NCBI GenBank assembly: GCA_047495785.1
Contig: JBLDXI010000003.1
Location: 3,224,001-3,288,000 of the forward strand
DNA from: Lepidodermella squamata
Taxonomy: Eukaryota; Animalia; Gastrotricha
DNA length: 64,000 nt
Reading direction: 5' to 3'
Below the pieces are notes generated by a model. The model had not been told where the DNA came from. It searched no databases and saw only the letters and a program-made list of their open reading frames with translations. Position 1 is the first letter of the stretch; every line of letters begins with the position of its first letter. The position numbers and the translations under genes are program-made. Of this stretch, positions 51,866-63,251 are shown piece after piece.

Positions 51866-52466
51866 CCCAGGCGAACACGGATCATACGACCGACATGTGA
51901 AATTCCGAAATTTCGTCATATCAAAACATGAGCGACGGTTATACTGAGGAATGTCCGCCTAGTTATATGATAATTGCGAAAAACGTCACATGTTCGTCAT
52001 ATATTCGTCCTATCGTGTGGTATCTATTTTTTAAAGCGGAGAAAGAGAAAGCAGTTTAATTTGCATATGTACAATCTAAAAATAATCAGATTATTGGTAA
52101 AAATTGCGATGTGATGTTAACAAATTATATCATATTTACTCGAATAGCTTTGTTTCTTCTATTTTTTGTCGAATTATGTAGCCGTCGTACGGTCGTCACA
52201 TTTCGAACGCGCCAAAAATTATATCACTTCGCGATCACATCTTCGGCGATGTGACTTGGATGTAACCGGGATGTGATATAATTTTTGGCGCATCGGCGAT
52301 GTGACCACGATATGATATAATTTTCGCCGCGTTTGAAATGTGACGACCAAGTAACCGCGAGATGTGATGTCCATACGACGAAATCGTTCGATTAATGATG
52401 TAACATGCCGGTCACATTTCCGTCGTATATTATCACGTAATTTCATATGACGCGTGTTCGCCTGGG
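51866..52466. mobile_element. Mirror copy of the CCC...GGG TIR element
   Basis: CCCAGGCGAACACG...CGTGTTCGCCTGGG at the position mirroring 42577-43177. Confidence 0.75.
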
Positions 52467-52903
52467 GTGCGCCACAACCACATGGCATAGCTGGAAAAAG
52501 ATTGTGGTTAGGCATAATTGTACGCGTCTGATAGCCATAACTTTGCGTTTAACGTTTGTAAAATAATGAATCTTTTATCTATTATGACTCGAGTTGCCTA
52601 CTATAAGCTATGAATGTATGCGAATAGCACAAAAAATACAGCTTCTCGATAATATCCAAATCTTGGGATTTTTCAAGTTTTCAAAAAGATAGAATCGTTT
52701 GCTTTTATTTTTGAGTTAAATTTGAGGGCGTCCTCAATTTTCGGCTTAAGGAATTTGAAGTTAGTGCGTACGACCACCAATCCGTTATTCATCGCAGGCC
52801 TCATCATAGACAAAAATCTCAAATGGAGTTTTTAAATGATTTTTTATTTCGCATGAAAATTACTCGTGATTCATCAATGATGGAAAGTTCTTGTGATCAT
52901 AAT

Positions 52904-53411
52904 TTAGTTGGAGACGCTGACGGACTTGCTGAAGGAGTACGAGCCCTTGTTGGCCTTGCGGCCGCCGAACTTGCCGTGGCCGAACTTGCCGCCCTTGCGG
53001 CCGTAGCCGAAGTTCTTGCCGTGCTTGCCGAACTTGCGACCACCGAATCGCTTGTTTTTGCCCCAGCGGTTGCCGGAGAACGAGGCGGACCGCGAGTAGG
53101 AAACAGACTTGGAGACCGACTTGGAGAAGGATCCGCGGCGCTTGTTCATCTTCTTGCCGTGGCGCTTCTTCATCGGGAAGGCACGTCCCTTGCGGAAAGC
53201 CTTCTTGTTCTCGAAGGAGCGGCTCGCCGAGGCGCTCACCTTCTTCTCGTAGTGGCGGTGCATTTCTTTCGATTCAACATTCCACACCTTGGCCTCAGAG
53301 TAAGCTGAAACAATGCAATAGGGAATTTCAGGTTATGGGCATAAGTGAGGAAGAAAGTGTGTTACCAAGGCCGAGCAGGACGATAGCAGCAATGGCGAGG
53401 AAAGCACGCAT
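52904..53411 (-). CDS. Secreted type C protein, copy 2
   Basis: Mirror of 41632-42139 with identical translation. Confidence 0.9.
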
Positions 53412-53881
53412 GGTTGAATAGGATAATGAGATGAAGAGAAATTATAAATAATTTGAAAATCGAAGCAAGAGATGGCTGATGATGTGGAACCGAATTCCCG
53501 CTGCTTTTATACCATGGCTTCCGGTCTTAATTGGAATAATTGAGGAGGGCTTCGCCTCTGCCATCTATCATACGCATCTGAAATGCTGATCGCATAATAT
53601 CCGCTGTCGATAACAAGAATATCGCCATTTAAGAAGCTTTTAATAACCTTGTTAACTTCATGTTCATTTCATGAAAGCCGGTGTTCATTTTCCAAGCATA
53701 AATAATTTTTTAACGAGAAATGAGGGTTTTTCCTTTCTTTAAGTGTACCCGAATAAAAAGCATCCTCAGTTCCAATCTCCTGATTTATTTCATTTAATTA
53801 ATCGAGAAATCACAATCACAAATCACAAATATGTTTGTAGATCGTCAAAATCGCAATCAAAAATAATTTGGTTATATTCGC

Positions 53882-55122
53882 TTAGTAGGTGTAGCTCTTG
53901 CCGGCTGAAGACGCCTTGTTGTAGCCGTGGTTGTAGCCTCCCTTCTTGCCGCCCTTCTTTTCGGTCTTCTTTCCACCCTTTTTGCCTTCTTTCTTGGAAG
54001 CCTTCTTGCCACCCTTCTTGGATGCCTTCTTGCCCTTAGCAGCGCTGTGGCTGGCCTTCTTGGCGCTGGCGCTCTTCTGTTCTTGGTAGCTGCCAGAGAC
54101 AGACGCAGCGAAATCGTGGGTGGCACGCTCAGCCGAGGCGGAGGCGCGTTTGCGGTCGTGCTTGGCCGAGGCCTTGCGGGCGTGGGCAGAGTCGGAGACG
54201 GAGGTCTTCTTGCTGCTGGTCTTGTAGTCGCGGGCGTTGCGCGAGTCACGGGCAACGGATGCCGAGGCACGGCGTTGGTGGGCCTTGTTGCGCTTCGCCT
54301 TCTTCGAGGCAGCGGCGGCCGAGGCCTGCGAATCGCGGGAAGCGTAGTCGGCAGAGTGGGCCTTGCGGGACTTCTTGCCATGGGCCTTCTTGGCGGTCTT
54401 CTTGCGGCTGGCAGTGGTGGCGGCGCCGTCAGAGTCGGCCTTGGCGAACTCCTGCGAGCCGGACTCGAAGCTGAACTTGTTGACCTTGTTGTGGCCCTTG
54501 TCGGTGAAGGTCTTCTTCTTGAACTCGATCACCTCGCCGGCCTTGTCGCGGGCCTGGTCCTTCTGGAAAGCAGCCTTGCGCTTGTGGTCGGCACGGCCGT
54601 GCTTCTTGTTGCGCTTGTGCTTCTGGGCAGCGGCGGCGGCGCCAGAGTCGGCGTAGGCGTTGTCGTGCTTGGCGGAGGCAGCCGAGTCGCTCTTGCGGAC
54701 AACGCGGCCGTGGCGCTTGCTGCCAGCCTTCGATTTCTTCTGGTCGTAGGCGGAATCGCGCTTGCCGGCAGATTCGTAGCTGGCCGAGGCGCGTTCGCGG
54801 CTGGCCGATCGGGTCTTGATCAGCTTGCGCTTGTCGCTGGTCTTCTTGTTGTGGGAAGCATCGGCCGAGGCGTAGTCGACGGCAGCGGATTCCTGCTCAG
54901 CAGAGGCGGACTTGCGGTCGTAGGTGTCGCGTTGGTCAACCGAGGCAGAGAACGAAGCTTCCTTTTTGTTGCCACCCTTCTTGGCACCTTTGCCCTTACC
55001 ACCGGAAGAGACTACAATGAAAATGTCAAAAATAAAACAACCATGTTTAAAAGATAGGATGGCAGGAAATTACCGGTAGCGGCAAGCAGGATAATCACAG
55101 CGAGAGCGAGGTAGACACGCAT
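53882..55122 (-). CDS. Secreted type B protein, copy 3
   Basis: Mirror of 39921-41161 with identical translation. Confidence 0.9.
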
Positions 55123-55302
55123 TTTATAAGGGTTAACTCTAATTCGGGAAAAAAATGAGATATATTTGGATCACAGTCGTGACACTAATATTATCCTTCC
55201 AATTTTGAACAGGTAAGTATCCCAAGCAAAAAAAAATAATTTCTTCACCATACACAATACTATGTTAGTCCTATATGGGTAAATCAAGCTCGGATGCCAG
55301 CT

Positions 55303-56337
55303 TTAGTTGTTACCAGCTGACGCAGATGCAGAACTCTTGTTAACCGAAGCCGAGGCGAAGTCACCACCACGGCGACCACCGTGACGACGGCCGAAGAACT
55401 TGCCATGATGACCACGGCGGCCGCGGAAGTTGCCAGCAGCAGCCGAGGCGGAGCGCTTGTTAACAGAAGCCGAGGCGAAGTTTCCTCCGCGACGACGGCC
55501 ATGCAGACCGCGGCGGCCATGACGGCGGCCAGAGAAGGAAACAGAACGGCGACCATGCTTGAATCCACGACGTTTGCCGTAGGATCCAGCCGAGGCGGAG
55601 GCAGAGTTCTTGTTGACTGAGGCCGAGGCAAAGTTTCCACCACGGCGACCACCATGATGGCGACCAAAGTAGCCGCGACGACCACGGAAGTTACCGGCAG
55701 CAGCAGAGGCAGAACGCTTGTTGACGGAGGCGGAAGCAAAGTTGCCACCTCGACGACCACCGTGACGACGGCCGAAGAATTTTCCATGGCCACGGCGACC
55801 ACGGAAGTTACCGGCAGCAGCTGAAGCAGAGCGCTTGTTGACCGAGGCAGAGGCGAAGTTTCCTCCACGACGACGACCGTGGCCGAAGTAGCGACCAGCG
55901 TGATGGCGACGGCCGAAGTTCTTGCGGCCCTTGTTGGAGCCTGCAGAGGCGGAGGCGGAGTTCTTGTTGACGGAAGCCGAGGCGAAGTTGCCACCACGAC
56001 GACCCTTGTGGCCGAAGAAGCGACCACCACGACGGCCGCCATTGCCAGCTGAAGCGGAAGCAGAGTTCTTGTTAACCGAGGCAGAAGCGTAGTTGCCACG
56101 ACGGCGGCCATGGAAGCCGAATCCACGACCGTGTTTCCCAGAGTACAGATCGCCATGACGAGCCTTGTCGACGCCAGCCGAAGCGGAGGCTTCCTTCTTG
56201 TTCACAGAGGCGGACGCATCATTCGCCGAAACGGCAACTACGGACGACGAAAATTAATTAAGAAACCAGTCATTACAAAGTAAACTTGTACCGATGCAGA
56301 ACAGAGCGACAGCAGCTGCGACGAGGGTTAAACGCAT
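55303..56337 (-). CDS. Secreted type A protein, copy 3
   Basis: Mirror of 38706-39740 with identical translation. Confidence 0.9.
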
Positions 56338-58101
56338 GTTGATAGTTCAATGATCAGTGAGGAGATGAAATAGAGAAGAGGCAACGGATTGGAATGATAC
56401 ATTTCCGATTTTGAGACCAGCTTTTAAAGCCTTGTTTGCCTGCTATCCGCATACCTGTTGCGTATGAGGGCGACTGGTCACGCGTGCCACTTGCTTATTT
56501 TTATTATTTTCCATGTCAGCTTCACACAAATCGCGTGATTGTGGTTCGAATCTGCCCTTGTCATTTGTTGTTTTTCGTCTGTGGTTTATTTTTGCCCCAC
56601 TTTCCTTTCCGTTTTGAATCCGTGAATTATTTCATTTTTTCTCAAGACAATCTTGATGGGCACGCGGTGAAAAAAAAATAAAAATTTTTTTTCAACTTAT
56701 TTCAACTTTAACAATTTTGCATCATAAGAGTATTTGTAGTTCGAATGGTAATGCCCTTTCGTGGCATAGCCGAGGCCTGAAATGCAAAGTGAGAACATAA
56801 AAGACAAACTAACTACCACGACCTTTCTGACGACATGAATGATATTCCGTTAGGTGGTTTATTTCCTATCAATATTTAACTTCAGCCAAGCCTTTGTGAT
56901 CGACCTGTTAGACCGAGTTCACAGACAGGCAACTATTCAAGATATAGTTGATGTCGCTAATGTTGGCGATGTAGATAATGAAGCCGAAAAAATCGGACAC
57001 CGCTAGTCAAAATTAGCATCAAAAGTGTACCAATTGCTGACGTGTGCGCGTATCGTGATTTCAGGAAGCTTTTGAATGGCTGCCATGAACCCGAGAAGCC
57101 ACGCATTATCTGCGTGGAACGAGCGCAACCCTGAGATACTGAGAAAAATTACCAAGGCTTGAAAACCCTTGACCAAGTTTGAGAATTGAATTTCAAATGC
57201 TGACGGTTGACAATATCGTTAAATCTCGGCTCTTATATAGATGAAATATTCCGTGTATATTTGTTGCGTCGCATTTTATGGAGTTTCGCGTAAACTCACT
57301 CAGGAATTTATTGCGAAAACATTCGTTAGTTAGCCTTGATAATATTTCGACACCTACCTTTAATCAGAAATCCAACCTCACATTCAATTGCAGACCTTGC
57401 CCTCGACCTAACTTTTGATGGGTCCTTGGCGTTGTCAATGGTACTTGGGCCTTCATGAAAAGTTACATTTGAACATAACAATCGAAATTCCTTGATACGC
57501 TGGCTGATACGGTATCACCCCCGGAGATTCCGTACTACGCGGAATTCAATGAAACGCCACGAAATTTGCTTCATCAGTTGGATCCAATACGTATGTGAAT
57601 GTTATTCATATTGCCAGGCAACTCAGGTTCCCACGAAAGCTGACCAATATTCAAAGCTGTTCCACCTTCTCATCAACAATTAAAAGGGGGTGTGTAATAT
57701 GAAACAAGTGTCATCGATTGATTTATAAATAGGAACAATTCACTATGGGCTCTTATCTTGTCGAGCGTCTCATATGGAGGTAAAAGATGAAAGATTCACA
57801 TTGATATTTTGCGTCCCATGGCTATTCTTATTTTCCATGTTATTGAAAATTCAAAGTCGCTGAATACATTTTTACTGAGAATCGCATTTGTTCAACCGAA
57901 AATTATCCAATGTTAATAATATTATCTTATTTTTGAGAAAACAGTGCCAAAATGTAGGGGATCCATTGATTATTACAAACAATCAGCCGAATTCATACTC
58001 TTGCGTGAAAACCTGCTGTTTTAAATTTGATTGCCGGAATGCTCATTTTTTACTAGGGCCTGAATTCATGGTACTGAAAAGACTCACCAAGCCCCTGATT
58101 G

Positions 58102-58286
58102 CATGAGACGTAGCTAGGACGCCGCAGCTGGCTTGTTTACGAGAAAAAAGTGTTGGCAGATAATGAGGGTCTAAGGTCACTTTTTCTAGTAAATAACCCA
58201 GCTTTTAATGTATTCATCCGTATTCATCGCCAACATTTTGATTACATTGCAGGGTCCAAGCCCCGGCGTCCTAACTACGTCTCATG
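58102..58286. mobile_element. 185-bp MITE with 8-bp TSD (hAT-like)
   Basis: 23-bp TIR CATGAGACGTAG(C/T)TAGGACGCCG with one mismatch. TSD CCTGATTG (58094-58101 / 58287-58294). Confidence 0.9.
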
Positions 58287-58358
58287 CCTGATTGTAGGCC
58301 AGAGGAGCTACTCTTAAACTTGGGTGCCTATTCGACCGGTGGCTCGGTTTATTAGGTT

Positions 58359-58645
58359 GGCACGGTGGCTCAGTTGGGTCGTTGAGCTACTGTGTATCCG
58401 AGGGGATATCGCTGGGTTCAAGTCCTCATGACGGAACCAGGATAGAGTCCCCCCTTTGCCCATGCATCGCGTTACATAATCTAAAATTGGGAGGCTGATG
58501 GAGTGTCAGCTAGACTGTACCAGTCGAATCCCGTCATACGGAAATCTCACTCACTTAAGATAGGACCTAAGGCTTGAGTAAGTGGCAAGCCCTTTTAGTC
58601 CTCAAAGCTCGCGTTGAAACAGAAATTATTATTATTATTATTATT
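58359..58645 (+). mobile_element. tRNA-derived SINE
   Basis: Pol III A-box TGGCTCAGTTGG (58366-58377), B-box GGTTCAAGTCC (58415-58425), ~200-nt body, (ATT)7 tail at 58625-58645. Confidence 0.75.
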
Positions 58646-59482
58646 TCTTCTCCTGTATTGTGAGCCCACCCTTGAAACATTATAAAATAGTCGCCCTGGT
58701 TGAACAAAAGTTTTTCGCAAAATCTCAAGCTATTGCAAACAGAATGCCTAAGAGGGCTTCTTTCTGTTTTTTCAGTGCTTTCCGGATGAGGTCTTGTCAA
58801 GCGCTATTAAAACTGTCCTTCATTAATTTCTATTTGAAGCGATGGTGGCTTTTATGTCGAAATTCAGAGAAACAGGCTTTTGACAACCCGCAGTTCACAT
58901 AGCTCTGATTTCAATGGATAATTCGTGACAGCGAGTTCATAAAAAAAATGCGCGGCTATCGGTGCTGAAGTCCAGTTGAAATACGACGATGTAAAATGGA
59001 GAGCTATAATGCGGGGATAAACATCTCGCGACTTAACAAAACACAGCCATCCGACTGCAAGCTGTCCTTTCGAGGAAATCCGAAGGCATATAGCGGATGA
59101 GCTTTAGTTTTAACGCTGAGCTATTAACATCGATTAGTGAAACTTCGCATAGACGTCAGACGCACTGAAAAATTCGAATGTGGGTACGCTAGATGCATGT
59201 CCCATCAGTTCAGTAACCTTACCCATCAATCTTCACATTTCACATTTTCATTTTGTCGCGAAACTTGTGAACATTTTAGGTGTCAGGAATAGAGCAAAAA
59301 GAAGTACAGAGATAGCATTAATTGAATAAGTCTTAATTTTAACCGGTATATTAACCACCTAATTCGTATGCCCAAAATCCAACTATCCCCTAACCTTCCA
59401 TCGCGTTTTCTCAATTGGTGTTGAATACATTTAATTAATAATAGAGATCGTGGAATTTTAATCAAAGCTGTTTGGCAGTGAC

Positions 59483-61891
59483 ATGAAACTGTTTAGCTTC
59501 GCTATTTTTGAAGCAGTCTTATATGTTTCGACTGGCCAGCTGATGAAAAAATACAATTTGTCAATGGTTCAAGTGTTTCCGAGTAGTCACAAAGGATGCT
59601 CAGAAGCTGTCAAAGTCATTGTTGATCACGTGAATAGTCGCCCCGATGTTTTGCCCGACTACAATATCGTACCTCACTACCAGGACGAGGTGGACTTCTG
59701 GATCGGCTATGCCCCTATTCGAGCCCTTGTCAACTACGGCCGGGATTGGGAAAATCGACCGAATGATGGCGTAAACATTCGATCGCCAGTTTTTGTCGGC
59801 CCGTTCTTCTCAATCGCATGTGAACCCTTAGGCAAACCTCTGACATACTTCGATATGATAGGCTTGTCGATCGCTTGTGCAGCCCCAAGTTTGGCTGACC
59901 ATGTAACCTATCCGAATTTGTACCTAGTCCAGCCCACCGGAGAATTGGGTGCAATATCCCTGGTTCATTTCATGAAAGATGTCGGGAGGTGGTCGAAAGT
60001 CGGCATTGTGACTCTAGCTGCGTTTCCTAACGATTATATAGCCGCGATTTATGCGCAGAAATATTCAGCGCAAAGTGGAATTTTCATACCCACATTCAAC
60101 GCAATCCTTGACGTAACTGATGACTCGATGAATGGCTTACTTTACCATGACATAAGGATAATTCTGGTCTACATCACCCAAGAGGCTATTCTGTGGAGAT
60201 TTCTTTGCAAATGTTACCTTTCCGGCTTGACAGGACCGAAGTATCTATTTTTCTTGAGCAATAATCTCGCAGTGGAATTTAACAATTCCGTACAACTCGC
60301 GATCAACGATTCTTGGTGTAATAGAGACATCATCCGGGAACAATTGCGCTACTCGATATTTTTCGGTCCAAACAATCAGATAATCGACGACAGCAGGAAT
60401 AGCGAGCTAGGCTATAACAAGACTGTTTTTGACGCTTGGCTGTCTCGATTGCTGTCGACAAAAACAGCAGCTGCTTCCTTAAAATACGTCTGCCATGATG
60501 CCACTTTGATGGCTATTTACGCAATGCAAGATGCTGATAATCGCTTAAAACGTGATTACAACATGTCCTTGCTCGATATGAACACAAACCCGACCTTTGT
60601 CATGAAAGTCGTCAACGATTCAGTACTAAATGTCAATGTGTCCGGATTGCGAGGTCAAATGCAGTTCAGCAAACGTGGTTACATCGAAAACAACCCGATT
60701 TTATATACCTACTATGATCCTAAGGGCTACCGAACTAAATATATGTCAGTTGAGGTCGATGCATCGAAAGATTACATGTTCTACGGTCGTTACAAAATCC
60801 TGGAGATGGAACCCTGGGACTGGGCAGCTTGGCAGAATAACGGCCGCCCGCCTAAAGATCGAGCTTTCACAGTTTCATTGGCAAGAGACTTCCCTGATGA
60901 CATCGCCCTGGCGGTCAGAGTTTTAATAGGAATACTCTCGGTGATGGAAACAGCAATTTTGGCTGTAACAATCAGATGCAGGAATAGGATCGCTTCACCA
61001 TCAGTTAAGGTGGCTGGCTATCTTGGCTGTTTAGCCCTGTGCGTAGCAGGTATAGCATTTACCGTTAAAATCAGCAAGGACATGGTCGTAATTGCTGTGG
61101 TTAGGATCTCTCTTCTGGTTTTCGCCATGTCCGTCCTAAGTGGTGTCCTTTCATTTCGAGCGATCGTTTTGGCTAGGAAAATGCCGGTAACATTCCCAAA
61201 GAAGTTGAAGGTGAAACAAGCTCGATTCGCTGTTATGATGAAGGATTTGGGCTTAGAGCCGAGATCCATAGTTTCTCTGTTTAAAGCACGCTCGGCAGTT
61301 GCTGATTCATATGCTGTCCATACTCCTAGCCGTGCGGCGACTTCATCGACAAATCAACAACATACAAAAGATTTTGAACGCGGAATCGGGATTAAAGTTT
61401 TGTTTTACACCGGAATTTTCACCGTGATCAATGTGGCTTTACTTGTGGTTTGGTTGAAGATCGGCTCACTTACTTGCTACGATTTTAATGCCCCGAAACT
61501 GGACAATTACCATTTAGCCAGCGATACTTATATCGATGTTTCGATGGTGATCTGCTCGACGAAAAACTACGCAATTTGGATGATTAGCATAGTTCTATTC
61601 CACGTGCTTCTGTTATCCTATGGCACGTATCAAGGCTATTGTGTCAAAGCTAGGCTGAAAACGCTGTCTCGCCGTGTTCGTGTGGATGTGATAGGCATGT
61701 TGCTAGGGACACTGAATGCTATATCTCTGTTGCTATGCACGATTCTCATCGTGGTGACTCTCGGCGATCAGATCAAGCAACACATCGCTGTTTCATTCGC
61801 TTGTATCATCTTGTCGGCTACCACTTGCCTGAGCCTGTGCTATAAAACTTTGAAGGGTTTATTAGCAAGAGCATCCAGGTCATCATCATAG
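59483..61891 (+). CDS. Class C GPCR, GABA-B-receptor-like architecture (802 aa, single exon)
   Basis: Signal-peptide-like N-terminus. Venus-flytrap/ANF-receptor-like domain (VNSRPDVLPDY, VGPFFSIAC, LADHVTYPNL, WSKVGIV, GLTGPKY). W..NGRPPKD linker with no Cys-rich domain. Seven hydrophobic segments. AATAAA at 62017. Confidence 0.85.
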   Translation: MKLFSFAIFEAVLYVSTGQLMKKYNLSMVQVFPSSHKGCSEAVKVIVDHVNSRPDVLPDYNIVPHYQDEVDFWIGYAPIRALVNYGRDWENRPNDGVNIRSPVFVGPFFSIACEPLGKPLTYFDMIGLSIACAAPSLADHVTYPNLYLVQPTGELGAISLVHFMKDVGRWSKVGIVTLAAFPNDYIAAIYAQKYSAQSGIFIPTFNAILDVTDDSMNGLLYHDIRIILVYITQEAILWRFLCKCYLSGLTGPKYLFFLSNNLAVEFNNSVQLAINDSWCNRDIIREQLRYSIFFGPNNQIIDDSRNSELGYNKTVFDAWLSRLLSTKTAAASLKYVCHDATLMAIYAMQDADNRLKRDYNMSLLDMNTNPTFVMKVVNDSVLNVNVSGLRGQMQFSKRGYIENNPILYTYYDPKGYRTKYMSVEVDASKDYMFYGRYKILEMEPWDWAAWQNNGRPPKDRAFTVSLARDFPDDIALAVRVLIGILSVMETAILAVTIRCRNRIASPSVKVAGYLGCLALCVAGIAFTVKISKDMVVIAVVRISLLVFAMSVLSGVLSFRAIVLARKMPVTFPKKLKVKQARFAVMMKDLGLEPRSIVSLFKARSAVADSYAVHTPSRAATSSTNQQHTKDFERGIGIKVLFYTGIFTVINVALLVVWLKIGSLTCYDFNAPKLDNYHLASDTYIDVSMVICSTKNYAIWMISIVLFHVLLLSYGTYQGYCVKARLKTLSRRVRVDVIGMLLGTLNAISLLLCTILIVVTLGDQIKQHIAVSFACIILSATTCLSLCYKTLKGLLARASRSSS

Positions 61892-62747
61892 TATCTGAAG
61901 ACTAATTCCACCGATTTCATTATTTTTCAAATTAAGCTGATTGTGTAATTTTCTCGATAGTGATCAGACACATCTTATTCGATATTTGGGAAGTATCATC
62001 TGACCACATTAAAATCAATAAAGTCTTTAGCGTATCCGTAAAATAGTTCTCAGTATGAATGCATTATAGTTTCTCGAACACTTCGGGATCTAGTGACAGC
62101 TGAGGCCATAGTGACGTATCACAGCGTTCGATTAAAATTTCAATTTTATCCTCATTTCATATTTGGAGCCAGTTTATCGGGAAAGTGTCGATGCTTCGTG
62201 GATAAAACTTGAAATCAGAGAATTAGCTGGCAACTCTCGTGACCATCATTCAGTTCAACTGCTACTCACTTGAACTTGAAAGGAATGCTACAGAATGCTT
62301 TTCAGTCAAGACAGTGAATGAATGCCAAAGACAATCTTGAGTTGTAGCCGGAAACAACATTTGAGGTTTTTCTATTGACTTGGCACTCACTTGAAACGCA
62401 ACGCCTGAGTTGAATCGCGGCAGCAGAAATATCATATTTCGCGCAAATTTCAAAAAATGAATAAATGGTTGCGTGAAAATTCCTATTCAATTTATCATTT
62501 AGAAACCACTTCAGTTTTCCTATGAGATCGCTTAATCGATAGCATCCGCCCTGCATTTTAGATGCGCATCATATCAAATGCGGAATCAAATCAAATAATC
62601 AGGCGAGTTCTTTTGCAAAATTATTCCAATTAAGGCCGAAGTCAATGGTATATAAGCAGCGAAAATTGGGTTCAAAATTATCAGCTATATTCATTGCTTC
62701 GATTTTCGAATTGATAATTTTTCTTCATCCACTTCTCTTGCTCAATA

Positions 62748-63251
62748 ATGCGTGCTTTCCTCGCCATTGCTGCTGTCGTCCTGCTCGGACTTGGTAACAA
62801 ACTTTCAACCTTTTGCCGATAACCTGAAATTCATTTCTGCATTGTTTCAGCTTACTCTGAGGCCAAGGTCTGGAATGTTGAATCGAAAGAAATGCACCGC
62901 CACTACGAGAAGAAGGTGAGCGCCTCGGCGAGCCGATCCTTCGAGAACAAGAGGGCTTTCCGCAAGGGACGTGCCTTCCCGATGAAGAAGCGCCACGGCA
63001 AGAAGATGAACAAGCGCCGCGGATCCTTCTCCAAGTCGGTCTCCAAGTCTGTTTCCTACTCGCGGTCCGCCTCGTTCTCCGGCAACCGCTTCGGCAAGAA
63101 CAAGCGATTCGGTGGTCGCAAGTTCGGCAAGCACGGCAAGAACTTCGGCTACGGCCGCAAGGGCGGCAAGTTCGGCCACGGCAAGTTCGGCGGTCGCAAG
63201 GCCAACAAGGGCTCTTACTCCTTCAGCAAGTCCGTCAGCGTCTCCAACTAA
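62748..63251 (+). CDS. Secreted type C protein, copy 3 (148 aa)
   Basis: Exons 62748-62793 and 62851-63251. Differs from copies 1/2 by I>V in the signal, K>R and W>F. Has its own TATA box and an AATAAA at 63303. Confidence 0.9.

Larger units (their letters stand above)
51234..56731 (-). repeat. Right arm of the 5,498-bp inverted repeat
   Basis: Reverse complement of 38312-43809. Confidence 0.97.

Noticed and set aside
58359-58430. Possible tRNA gene
   Set aside because: A and B boxes are present, but I cannot form a cloverleaf, and it continues into a body with an (ATT)n tail. Called a SINE instead.
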